A stretch of DNA of 56,007 nucleotides from a virus (taxonomy: Duplodnaviria; Caudoviricetes), in IMG/VR virus record IMGVR_UViG_3300042389_001858, positions 1-56,007 of that record; one strand, given 5' to 3'. How positions within the stretch are numbered: the stretch's first letter is position 1; the number at the start of each line of letters is the position of its first letter. Shown piece after piece: positions 26,403 through 36,112 of the stretch. The position numbers were made by a program, and so were the translations under genes. The notes under the pieces were generated by a model, which was not told the DNA's origin, ran no database searches, and saw only the letters and a program-made list of their open reading frames with translations.

Positions 26403-29400
26403 ATGTCTGATTATTTATTTGTCGATCTGGGCTCTCGTCGTATTTTGACATCCAGAACGGGCGGGCCAAAAATTTTTGATCCTATTGCTGCGGGGCAGGT
26501 GGTTTCTTGGAAGGTGCAGCTTTTAGAGCCTACTGCTGACGGGACATTGGCGGACTCGGATTTGCCAATTTTGAGCCTTCGCGCCGGGCTGGGTGAAATC
26601 TCAAGGCCTCCGGAGGGTGGGAGTTATAGGATTCAGATTGGAGAGGGCATGTCCAGTTCTTCAAATACCAGTCCTGAGATTTCGTTTGATGCCTCTGCGG
26701 TTGAGGTTGAGCTCGCGATTAATCAAATTTTGTCCAAGCCTGCAAGCTTGGTTTGCGACGAAGATGGTGGGGCTATTGTCGTCAGGAGGACAGATGGCGG
26801 GCCTTTGTCGATTAGGATTATTGCAGACAGGCTTTCTCCGGTGTGTGTGGGGGATGTTTTTGTTTTGCAGGACGCTCAGGGCAGCAGATATTACATAAGG
26901 GCGATTCAGGCTCCCTTGGCATTTTCGGATTCCTCCACGCGAATCCTTCCTCCTCCTCCTCGAATGAAAACTCTGGTCGATGGATTTTATCAAGAAGGGG
27001 CGTTCGGAGCCAGGTTTGCCAATGAGATACAGGAATTGTTTATTCCGGAGGACTTTAGAGGCGTGTATCAGTTTAGAAAGCCGGATACATTTAAGCGCAG
27101 CAGGCTGTTGGACAGGTTGGCGGGCACGAATGAAATAAAAGAGGCTCTTGACGAAATGCTCAAGGATGAGGGTGGGGTCGTTAAGGTTACGAATCCACAA
27201 AACAATTATGCCCACATCGAGTTTCAGAGTCTTTTTGGAACTCCTGGATCGGGCTTGGGGCTTGGTGCGACTAACGTTGCGCAGCTTGAAATAGATGTTT
27301 TTTCTGCCCCGGAAGGTTTTTTTGGATTCAGTTTCAATCTAAACTCTTCCGCCCTGAGGCAGCGGCTGGCTTCGGAGGGCGAGATAACGCTTCCATTTGA
27401 GGGGGAGGCTCTCGTCTATGTTGATAGAAGCAATCCTCTTCTAGGGCTTAAAAGTATCAAGCTCTGGTCGAGTCAACTTACTATAACAAGAGGGCTCTTG
27501 GGAGAAGGGTTGGCCACTGAGGCTCCGCCTAGGTGGCAGCAGCGGATTGTTCCCAAGACCTATGTGCCGTTCAGCACTAATCAAGTCATAATTGGTCAGC
27601 AGCAGGCGTTCGTTACTGCTCTGCACAGGGAAACTCCGGGGTCTTCGGATTTTCATGACAGCGATTTGGTGTTTAGTGTTGATCATAATTTATCATTAGC
27701 TCCAATCGCCCCCTCGCAGGACAAGGCGATATCGAGTGCTGCTCTTGGTGGAATTGGTAGCAGTGTTGCCACATATGTGGTCTCCGGCCACGGATATACT
27801 TCAGGAGACCTTATTAATATTCGCGGTGCCACGGGGCCTGAGGCAGTGATTTTTAACGGAGACTTTCAAATCTTCGATGTTCAGCAAAATTCCTTCAGCG
27901 TCACGCTGCCTCAGGCCCCCGCGGGGCTTCCTGTGGGCTCGTTGGTTGCCAATAAGCGGTTTGAGATAGATCAAGAAAATCGGGAGGCCCCTGTTGTTGC
28001 GTTTACGATCTCCGAGGCCTATGGCAGAATCTTGTCGCCCACGGAATACAGGGCTCATCACATTTCGCCGAACACACTTGAGATTGTAATTCCAGAATCA
28101 TCTTTTTCGACCACGCATACATCTGATGGCGTTCAGAAAGAGTTCGAGCTTCGCCATTCTATTTGCGTTTCTGGATTAACATTTCCGGCATGCGACTGCG
28201 TGAGGCCCCTACCCGCCGGGGCGATCGTTTACATTGATGGGCAGAGATTGGAGCCCGATCCATCGTCTTGGGGCATCTTCCGGAGCGCCGACGGGATCTA
28301 TAAACTTGTTTTTGAAGACGCGCCGCCTCCGGGTCGTGAAATTCGGATTGGTAGAGGGCTTGTTGCGGCCCCTTCCCTGCCGGAAATTCCTGAAACCTGG
28401 ATCGGACATGCGCAGTCGGGCGCGCTTATAATTAGCGTTATAGGATATGGCCCGCCGAGCGCTTTTCAGGCTCACGAGCATCCGATTGCGCAGATATCTG
28501 GTCTTGGGGCGCTCTTAGATGGCATACAGGCCCGCCTAACCAAAATAGAGAGCCTATTGCCTAAGGGCAGTCTGGTTATAATGCCTCCGAAGGGCGTTGG
28601 TGCAGAGAAATCCACTTCAATTCCGTCTTTTGGGGAGATTCTTCCAGACTTAGCCACGCTGGATGCCGAAGATGGCATTTCAATTGCTTCTCAAATTTCC
28701 AGTCAAACAGATCTTACCAAGGTTGGATTGATCAAAGGAACGGATTTAGAAGAGCGCCTCAAGGCTGCCGAGCAAGAACTTAAAAAGGCAGAAGAGCTTA
28801 AAAAGGCAGAAAAGGAGGCCTTTGAGGCGCAAGTTAGGAAGGCTGCGGAAGAGCTTGTAAATGCTAATAAGCAAAAGGAGGTTGCCACCACAAAAAGGAT
28901 TGCCGTTCCGGGTGTTTCAGTCGTGTTTCCTCCATTGCGCGGCAGCAAGTTCAATCCCATTCTGGCGGCAATGCACGGAAATGTTGCGGGGACTTCTTCC
29001 TTGCCTTCTTCGGTTGGAATATTTTCAAATGCCTCGCAAGTGGACCTTGTGTTGCCCGGGGGAGGGGGTCGCAAGGCGCAATTCGCGCGACCGGGAGGAG
29101 TTTTTGCATTTAACGGCAGGGCTTATTACTTGGTGTCTCGCGCGGGGGCTTCTTCGACATATCACCCCACTGAGTATGAGGTTGATCTTTTCAGGGTATT
29201 GATTGGGCCTGAATTTTTAACGGCAGGCTCAAGGCTCAGTTTGCCTCTATTGCTAAAAACGGGCTTGGTGGCGGGAAGTATCGGCGCGGGGGTTCAGTGC
29301 TTTTTAAATATTTACGCATCTCCTGTAGGTTCGGCTTCGTCTCCAGCAGGGGGCGACCTGGGATCGCTCGGGGCGGATGCGCTTGTGTCTTCTGTAAAAG

Positions 29401-29654
29401 TTTATTTTTCAAGAAATTTAAGCGAGTCGAGGGAATTCCTGTTGAAAGTCGAGCGTATAGCTTCAGGGGGCGGGACCGTTACCAGTGGGTCACTGACGAG
29501 TTATAACTTGAATATCGCAACCCCCTCCCTTCCTGATTCCTTGTTTCTATTGAAGGGTCGCCTTGAGGGCTGGGATACAGATGATTCTGTTCCGGCTAGC
29601 GGTCAGTTGACTGTTCAAACGCAGCAAACGGAGATTTTAGTTAAAGATATATGA
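26403..29654 (+). CDS. Large tail/baseplate protein
   Basis: 1083 aa after a GTTGAC motif. Contains GHGYTSGDLINIRGA..FNGDFQI, HEHPIAQISGL and an internal charged coiled coil. Confidence 0.75.
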   Translation: MSDYLFVDLGSRRILTSRTGGPKIFDPIAAGQVVSWKVQLLEPTADGTLADSDLPILSLRAGLGEISRPPEGGSYRIQIGEGMSSSSNTSPEISFDASAVEVELAINQILSKPASLVCDEDGGAIVVRRTDGGPLSIRIIADRLSPVCVGDVFVLQDAQGSRYYIRAIQAPLAFSDSSTRILPPPPRMKTLVDGFYQEGAFGARFANEIQELFIPEDFRGVYQFRKPDTFKRSRLLDRLAGTNEIKEALDEMLKDEGGVVKVTNPQNNYAHIEFQSLFGTPGSGLGLGATNVAQLEIDVFSAPEGFFGFSFNLNSSALRQRLASEGEITLPFEGEALVYVDRSNPLLGLKSIKLWSSQLTITRGLLGEGLATEAPPRWQQRIVPKTYVPFSTNQVIIGQQQAFVTALHRETPGSSDFHDSDLVFSVDHNLSLAPIAPSQDKAISSAALGGIGSSVATYVVSGHGYTSGDLINIRGATGPEAVIFNGDFQIFDVQQNSFSVTLPQAPAGLPVGSLVANKRFEIDQENREAPVVAFTISEAYGRILSPTEYRAHHISPNTLEIVIPESSFSTTHTSDGVQKEFELRHSICVSGLTFPACDCVRPLPAGAIVYIDGQRLEPDPSSWGIFRSADGIYKLVFEDAPPPGREIRIGRGLVAAPSLPEIPETWIGHAQSGALIISVIGYGPPSAFQAHEHPIAQISGLGALLDGIQARLTKIESLLPKGSLVIMPPKGVGAEKSTSIPSFGEILPDLATLDAEDGISIASQISSQTDLTKVGLIKGTDLEERLKAAEQELKKAEELKKAEKEAFEAQVRKAAEELVNANKQKEVATTKRIAVPGVSVVFPPLRGSKFNPILAAMHGNVAGTSSLPSSVGIFSNASQVDLVLPGGGGRKAQFARPGGVFAFNGRAYYLVSRAGASSTYHPTEYEVDLFRVLIGPEFLTAGSRLSLPLLLKTGLVAGSIGAGVQCFLNIYASPVGSASSPAGGDLGSLGADALVSSVKVYFSRNLSESREFLLKVERIASGGGTVTSGSLTSYNLNIATPSLPDSLFLLKGRLEGWDTDDSVPASGQLTVQTQQTEILVKDI

Positions 29655-30688
29655 CCATTGCCAGCTTAGAATCCTCTTCGGCTAACCCAATCTCGCTCCC
29701 GAGCCCCTCGTTGGGGTTTTTAAGGGCTATCCACGACGCTGAGATTGAGCCGGTGGCTTCAGGTGCAGCGCTTCCCGCCGCCTCAAGTGCTGCGGATCGT
29801 GTTTTTGTAAATTCGGGATCGGAGGCGATTGTTTTGCCCGCTTGGGGCAGGTGGCCGGCATATTCCGTTGCTCCGCTTGAGCATTTCGGCTCTGATGGCC
29901 GTGGATTTTATCCGTTGATTCAGAAGGCCTCCACTACAAGCTTTTATCCAAAATTTTTCAACCGAAATATTTACACTTTTTCATTTTCTGGCAGCAGTCT
30001 TCGTGCTCAGGCTTCTGGGGGTGCGGCTACGTTCAGTGTAGTGCGAGATGTTTCAATGCGCCTGTTTTCCAATAATACCACTGCGACATGGTCTGTGATT
30101 TTCGAAATCGGCATTCGCGAGGATGACGCCGGGCCTGAAGTGGAGATTGAAATGCAGTGCTCTACGCAAATTGGTAGCAAATCCATCACAACAACAAGCT
30201 CGCAGATAAATAATATTGTAAAATACATGACCGTATCTGGCCCTGGTGTTGTTGTTGCCGGAGGGGATATTTCACTGGGCACGGTCGTCACGGGCGTTAA
30301 TGTCCAGGCGGGAATTATTACAATCAACCAGACGGCCACGCAGACTGGATCTGCATTATTAAAATTCAAAATTCCCATTGGGCCAAACATTCGCCAAATT
30401 CAGTGGCTGCCACCGCTGATGGAGCAGCAAATTCATGTGACGGATCTTCTTTCTAAGAACAGGGTCGGGGTCATTTTGTATAAACAGCCCTTCCCAACAG
30501 CCACTACAAACGAATTTGGATACGCTTGCGATGCTGTGCAATATAATTCATTGTCAAGAAGTCCGTTTGAGTCGCTTCCTACCGGAGATAACTTTGTTTT
30601 GAGGATGCGGATTGGTCAGTTTGATACTGAGAATGGATTTAGTCCAAGGGGCTTTGCGGGCTATACTGTAATGGCTCCGCCTCCTTAA
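29651..30688 (+). CDS. Tail protein, paralog of the C-terminal domain of the 26403 protein
   Basis: Shares the VLP..G.....P...F..[ND]GR.[YF]Y and [FW]DT patterns. Confidence 0.65.
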   Translation: MTIASLESSSANPISLPSPSLGFLRAIHDAEIEPVASGAALPAASSAADRVFVNSGSEAIVLPAWGRWPAYSVAPLEHFGSDGRGFYPLIQKASTTSFYPKFFNRNIYTFSFSGSSLRAQASGGAATFSVVRDVSMRLFSNNTTATWSVIFEIGIREDDAGPEVEIEMQCSTQIGSKSITTTSSQINNIVKYMTVSGPGVVVAGGDISLGTVVTGVNVQAGIITINQTATQTGSALLKFKIPIGPNIRQIQWLPPLMEQQIHVTDLLSKNRVGVILYKQPFPTATTNEFGYACDAVQYNSLSRSPFESLPTGDNFVLRMRIGQFDTENGFSPRGFAGYTVMAPPP

Positions 30689-30692
30689 AATT

Positions 30693-31631
30693 ATGGCAAT
30701 TCCAATCATCAGCGGCAATCAGAGCGTTCTGGCCTACGGGCTGGGGCAGGATTTTGTGTTTCAACTCACGGCGTCGGAATCTCCGACGCTGTGGGAGATT
30801 GCGGCGACCGACACGCTTCCTGCGGGGGTGCTCTTCGACACGCTGCGCGGCACTTTCGCCGGGGCGGGATACACGATCGGCGTGTGGAATTTGACCGTGC
30901 GGGCGAAGAACTCCGATGGATGGAGCCTGCCGGTGATGGTGACGCTGGGGATTTTCGATGTGGCGGCGAAGGAGGTTTATCGGGATGTCAAAATCCTTCT
31001 GGATAGCTTTGAGGTGCTGCCGAATCCTTTCGATTCGGAGAAGGAGGTCGAGGATAAAAACAAGGACGGGATCGATGTCTCGATGCCGCCCGCGATGGCC
31101 ACGGCGCGCATCGGGGATGATCTGGTGTGGAAGATCAGCTTTGCCAAGCCTGACTCGGTAAAAACGACTACTCCGCCTCAGACGGTGCTCGGCCCAGAGG
31201 GTGGGACGATTCCCGGATCAGATAGGACGGTTTCTGTTACTCAGGCTAACGATGTTTTTACTGCCAAGATTGGCACCTCTGAATCAACCTTCAGGGTTGT
31301 AAACGCCCCGCTGGTGATGGCCCGCTTCGCTATGCGCGGTGGAGTTTCGGATCCGCCGTTCCTGCAAACCGACAAGCTGGCGTTTAAGAAAACCACGGAA
31401 ATCGTGGGCGCGGATTTTGTGACCTCTTATTTCATTTACGCGAGCTTGGCAGATAATCCCGCGCTGGAATCCTGGCTTTCCGAGAAGGAAACGGATTTGG
31501 AGATGGCGAATTCGGTGACTTGTGAGTTCGAGTTGGAATTCACCACGCCGAGCCGCGCGCCGGGGCCGAACACCCAGATCGTCACCACGAAGCCGTTCCA
31601 GATGCGGATTCGCAGCGATATTGCCCGATAA
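30693..31631 (+). CDS. Ig-like (He_PIG-type) domain tail protein
   Basis: TLPAGVLFDTLRGTFAG..TVRAKNSDGWS. Confidence 0.7.
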   Translation: MAIPIISGNQSVLAYGLGQDFVFQLTASESPTLWEIAATDTLPAGVLFDTLRGTFAGAGYTIGVWNLTVRAKNSDGWSLPVMVTLGIFDVAAKEVYRDVKILLDSFEVLPNPFDSEKEVEDKNKDGIDVSMPPAMATARIGDDLVWKISFAKPDSVKTTTPPQTVLGPEGGTIPGSDRTVSVTQANDVFTAKIGTSESTFRVVNAPLVMARFAMRGGVSDPPFLQTDKLAFKKTTEIVGADFVTSYFIYASLADNPALESWLSEKETDLEMANSVTCEFELEFTTPSRAPGPNTQIVTTKPFQMRIRSDIAR

Positions 31632-31633
31632 AT

Positions 31634-34396
31634 ATGCCCGCGCAATCGCAAATCTCCTCGGGCGGGGCCACGGTGTCGCCAGAGCTTTATTCCGGGCGGG
31701 TGGAGGTGATCAAGGCGAAAATCCTGGTGGACGAAGACAGCTTGCCGATCGCCACCAAGTTCGAGGTGAACAAGCGTTTCAACGGGCAGTATTTCGTGAA
31801 CGCGCGGTTCCGCAAGGCGGGGGCGCTGCCAAATGGGATTTCCTGGACCTCTGATGCCCAAGGGATTCGGTTTTTTGGCGTGCCGCAGCAGACTGGCACT
31901 TTCGAGGCGCTTTTCGAGGGGCCGTATCCGAATAATTTTAAGGGCGTGACGACAGAGGGAAATTATACTGTCGATCAATGCCATCCGCAGAGCCAGCCGG
32001 TGAGTCCTGGGGTGCAGACGGCATTGGTTTTTGGATGGATCGTGCGCTTTGTGGTGACGACCAAGAGCGCGAACAGCGTGAACTTCGGGACGGCTTGGAG
32101 GAATGTGTTGGCGAAGAGAAATCCCGCCTTGACGGCTTATCGGGAGGAGTGGGGTGGCGGTGGGGGCGGAAATTCTTCCGTGCCCTCGGCTCCGCAGAAT
32201 TTGGCAGCGGTTCCGCAGGATGGTGCGGCATTGATCACTTTCAATCTGCCGATCAGTGATGGCGGGTCGCCGATCACGGGCTATCAATATCAGGCCAGTC
32301 TCTCGGATGCACTTGGGCAGTGGACGGCTGGAACATTTGTGCCGCCTTCTGGGGCGACTCAGCCATTGGGAGGGCAGATTCCCGGATTGACCAATGGGCA
32401 ATCTTACACGATTCGTGTGCGCGCGGTGAACGCCGTGGGACCTGGACAGGCTTCGTCCGCGGTGACGGTGGTTCCCTCCGCATCGGTTTTTGCCACGATG
32501 CGGGTGGTAGGTAACGAGCCGTCGCTGGGGGCGTGGTCTATTCAAAATTCGGCGCAAATGGCGCGCCAGGGCGCGCCGGCGGGCTATAACTGGACGGCCG
32601 AGTTGGCGATTGCGGACCCGAACACGGCCAAATTCAAATTCGTGGTGGGCACAAACAATCTTTGGGACGATCCGAATACGCCGTTGGTGGAAAATTGGGG
32701 CGATAACGATCTCCCTGGCGCTAATGGCTACTATATCGGTGATCCGGGTGGTGCGGATATCAATTTCTCTGTGGCGGTCCCGGGCGCGATTGCTGGGCAG
32801 TATCGATTTTCCTTCAACGAGACCACCTATGCATGGACGGTCACGGCGGTGGGAGGTGGTGGGGGCGGTGGGGGCGGATCGAATATCGCGCCGCAAATTC
32901 AAGCGCCGAATCCGTGGTCGGTAAATGTCACCCCGCTGCAGCCATTTTCTTTGACTGTGACCGCGTCAGGCAGCCCTACGCCAACATTCACAGCCACTGG
33001 GCTGCCGACGGGTCTCTCGATTTCTTCGACAGGTGTGATTTCTGGCGCAGTCACCGGCACAAGCGGCACGGCCACGATCACCGCCACCAACTCCGCTGGA
33101 TCGGATTCGCGGGTGATTTCATTTGTTGTCACGGCCGGAATTCCGGCTATTGAAATCAGCTTGGGGGATTTCCCGGGCGGGCAACGAGGATTCCTAAAAA
33201 ATCCTTCCCCTGTGTCTGCGATTTTTGGGCAAGGTGGTATTAATGGGCGGTTCGATATTTGGCATGCCCGCACCTATCCAGGCTATATAGGACCAAGCAA
33301 GGCCTATTGGGAGCATGCGATTGCAATTCCAATTAATTACGCCTTATCGGGCGGAGCGCAGGTCGGGCAAGGCTTGGAGTTTAAGACCGATGCTTTGGGG
33401 AATTCGCCCTGGCGCCAATACGCTCTGCCTGTCGATGTGTTGTCGACTGGAGATTACAGCAGTCCGCTGGCTATTACGGCGCGATCAGGCGATGGGATTC
33501 CATTGGGACTGCTTCCATCCGATCCTGCGACGCCCAATCGCCTAAACGCGGCTTTGAATCCTCGTGGTGATTCTAGATTTAATTGGTGGACGGATGGGTT
33601 TGTCACTTCTGGCAATGCTTTTTGGACGACTGAAATTGATGCCTCGCGCGGCGAGGTGGCGGTCGCTGGCCGGATCGGCAGCAACCAAAGATCGACCGTT
33701 CAGACAGCGCTTACCGGGCCGGGAACGCTGACTTTTTGGTGGAAAATCTCTTCCCAGCCAAACATTGAGCGGATGCGTTTGTTACTCAATGGTGTAGAGA
33801 AATCAACAATCTCTGGTTCGACTAATTGGGCGCAGGGTTCGATCGATATCCCATTCGGGACCAATACAGTGAGATGGGACTACATCAAATCCTTCAGCGG
33901 CGGCACGGGATCCGATTCCGCTTGGTTGGACGATGTTGTCTTCACGCCGACTGGCACCGCCCCGCCCTCCGCGGTCGATGTTGTCGATGCGGAGTTCGTC
34001 ACGCTAAGGAGCGGATCTGTGATTTCGAATCAAATGGTGGTGGATTTGCGTTCTCAAATCACAAGGCCATATATTGTTAGTGTTCTTGATGGCGGTGCGT
34101 CCCCAAATCGGACGCTTGTGATTAATTTCACTCAAGACCCCGTCTTGGATGGATTTGGGAATTCCGCTATTAGATATTATGAGTATTCCACGGATGATGG
34201 TGTCACTTGGCGGGCCGCGTCGAATTATCCGAACGTCTCTCCATTTACCATCGATGAAATTTCCGCGAGGAATGGAGGGCCGCTTGTCGCTGGAGTGCAA
34301 TACCCGATAAAAATACGGACCGCCTTCAGTGCGCCGGTCGCTTCGGCTGTGGTTGTAAGTCGAGCGAGTAACGCTGTCCTTCCGACTTGGGCATGA
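31634..34396 (+). CDS. Multidomain adsorption protein (FN3, carbohydrate-binding-like, Ig-like)
   Basis: FN3 (PSAPQNL..SDGGSPITGY..GLTNGQSYTIRVRAVNAVG), a KFKFV..ENWGD..YRFSFNETT module, and He_PIG (ATGLPTGLSISSTGVISG). Confidence 0.8.
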   Translation: MPAQSQISSGGATVSPELYSGRVEVIKAKILVDEDSLPIATKFEVNKRFNGQYFVNARFRKAGALPNGISWTSDAQGIRFFGVPQQTGTFEALFEGPYPNNFKGVTTEGNYTVDQCHPQSQPVSPGVQTALVFGWIVRFVVTTKSANSVNFGTAWRNVLAKRNPALTAYREEWGGGGGGNSSVPSAPQNLAAVPQDGAALITFNLPISDGGSPITGYQYQASLSDALGQWTAGTFVPPSGATQPLGGQIPGLTNGQSYTIRVRAVNAVGPGQASSAVTVVPSASVFATMRVVGNEPSLGAWSIQNSAQMARQGAPAGYNWTAELAIADPNTAKFKFVVGTNNLWDDPNTPLVENWGDNDLPGANGYYIGDPGGADINFSVAVPGAIAGQYRFSFNETTYAWTVTAVGGGGGGGGGSNIAPQIQAPNPWSVNVTPLQPFSLTVTASGSPTPTFTATGLPTGLSISSTGVISGAVTGTSGTATITATNSAGSDSRVISFVVTAGIPAIEISLGDFPGGQRGFLKNPSPVSAIFGQGGINGRFDIWHARTYPGYIGPSKAYWEHAIAIPINYALSGGAQVGQGLEFKTDALGNSPWRQYALPVDVLSTGDYSSPLAITARSGDGIPLGLLPSDPATPNRLNAALNPRGDSRFNWWTDGFVTSGNAFWTTEIDASRGEVAVAGRIGSNQRSTVQTALTGPGTLTFWWKISSQPNIERMRLLLNGVEKSTISGSTNWAQGSIDIPFGTNTVRWDYIKSFSGGTGSDSAWLDDVVFTPTGTAPPSAVDVVDAEFVTLRSGSVISNQMVVDLRSQITRPYIVSVLDGGASPNRTLVINFTQDPVLDGFGNSAIRYYEYSTDDGVTWRAASNYPNVSPFTIDEISARNGGPLVAGVQYPIKIRTAFSAPVASAVVVSRASNAVLPTWA

Positions 34397-34421
34397 GGCG
34401 TTGACCGCATCGCTGTATCCG

Positions 34422-36112
34422 ATGGCTAGCCGCATTCTCACATTCCGGGTCTACGCGAGAAATGTCGCGGGATTTTCTGCGGAGCGGGATTCGGTGTATG
34501 TGCGGGGGGATTGGGATGGGTATGCGCCGGTTCAGTTATTTGATGCCACGGGCACGGGGATTTACTCGGGCAATGTGGTCGTTCCGGGGGACGCGGGGGC
34601 TGAGGTGCGGTTCAAATATTTTGCGCTGGTAGGGGGGGAGAATCGTTGGGAGCCGGATTTTGATCCCGACGGGGATCGAGTCTACAGGCTCGGGCCAAGT
34701 GATGTGCCGACTTTTGCATCGCAGCAGCCTCACATTTTCGGCACGCTCGATCCGATCGCGCCGTAGGGGGGGAGAATCGTTGGGAGCCGGATTTTGATCC
34801 CGACGGGGATCGAGTCTACAGGCTCGGGCCAAGTGATGTGCCGACTTTTGCATCGCAGCAGCCTCACATTTTCGGCACGCTCGATCCGATCGCGCCGCAG
34901 GGGGTGCGCACGGGGGAGAAGGCGGTGTTTTTGCCGATTTCGCGGTCCACTGGTGCCGCCGCGCCGTGCCATGGGTGGTTTTTCCAGAATTTTGTGGCCT
35001 GGGACGGCAATGGCGGCATCGATGAGGCAGGGGTGGTGTATTCGCGATCGCCTATATCTGACGATGGGATTTCCGTTTCGGGAACCCAAGATATTATCTG
35101 GCATTCCCAGCCGCCTCTGGCCGATCAAATTAAAGATGTTCACGGAATCTATTACCCTTATGGAGAATTTAATGGAAAGCCTAGATATAAAAGCGCAAAT
35201 GGTTGCATAATCGTTTTTATAATAACTCAAAACGATATCAACCTCGGCTTCCCGGGAGCTTGGCAAATATTGGCTAATGAGACAGGCGTTTTTGACGATG
35301 ACCCCAATGGCGCGGCCGATACTCATAATTCAATTTATTCTGAATTTCCAAATCATAGCAATGCGCCCACGCCTGATTTAGTAACGAATTGGCTTCCAAA
35401 TTCAGCGAATCTGCTGGGAAGCACTATTCCCTCTGCCATATCCGTTACAATTTCTGGGGGCAATGTTCTTCTCGTTGGACTGAATACTAATCTTTCGCGT
35501 GCCCGCTCCCTTCAAATTGGGGTTGGTGAATTCGCCGCCGCGAATCCCTCGCCGGGGGCTGGGTATGTGTTTGGCGGAGTGGCGGCGGGCGGACTCTTTC
35601 AGCCGGGCGTGATTTATTATCGGGCGTATGCTGAAAACGAGGCGGGCATTTCGTATGGGGAACAGCGCCAGACGATCGTTCCGGCGGACGCGCTGCGCGA
35701 GTGGCGGAGTGTTTATGCGGAAGCGGATTTTTTCGCGGCAGAGGATTCCACAGCTATGCAAAAGGGGGTGGCCCTGGCCTGGCAGGAGGCTCAAGGCGCG
35801 ACGGGAGAGTGGGAGTGGGAGATTCATCGCTTCGAGTCCTCGCAAGTGGATCAAAATCCCGCGCAGGGGCATCGGATTCTCGCGTCTTTTCCAGATTCTG
35901 GGGCGGTGAGGAACGGAACTCAGCGCTCGTATTTGGATCGCTCAGTGTTCCCTGGGTGGTCGTATTTGTATCTGATTGGGATTCGCGATTCCCAAGGCTT
36001 GCAGGCCTGCCGAGCGGCTTGGGTAAACATTAGTTACTGGGCGCAGCCGGGCGTGCCGGCATTCACGGCGCAATCGCAGACGCCTTATAGCGTGACAATC
36101 CAACTCGCATGA
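34422..36112 (+). pseudogene. CBM20-like adsorption protein split by a 134-bp tandem duplication (ORFs 34422..34766 and 34838..36112)
   Basis: VYVRGDWDG..YSGNV..RFKYF..RWE resembles CBM20. Removing one repeat copy restores a single ORF. Confidence 0.7.
34630..34897 (+). repeat. Exact 2x134-bp tandem duplication
   Basis: 34630-34763 equals 34764-34897; the junction creates an in-frame TAG. Confidence 0.92.

Noticed and set aside
29606-29653. GTTGAC upstream of the 29651 gene
   Set aside because: The gap is about 39 nt, outside the 15-18 range, and the gene is ATGA-coupled.
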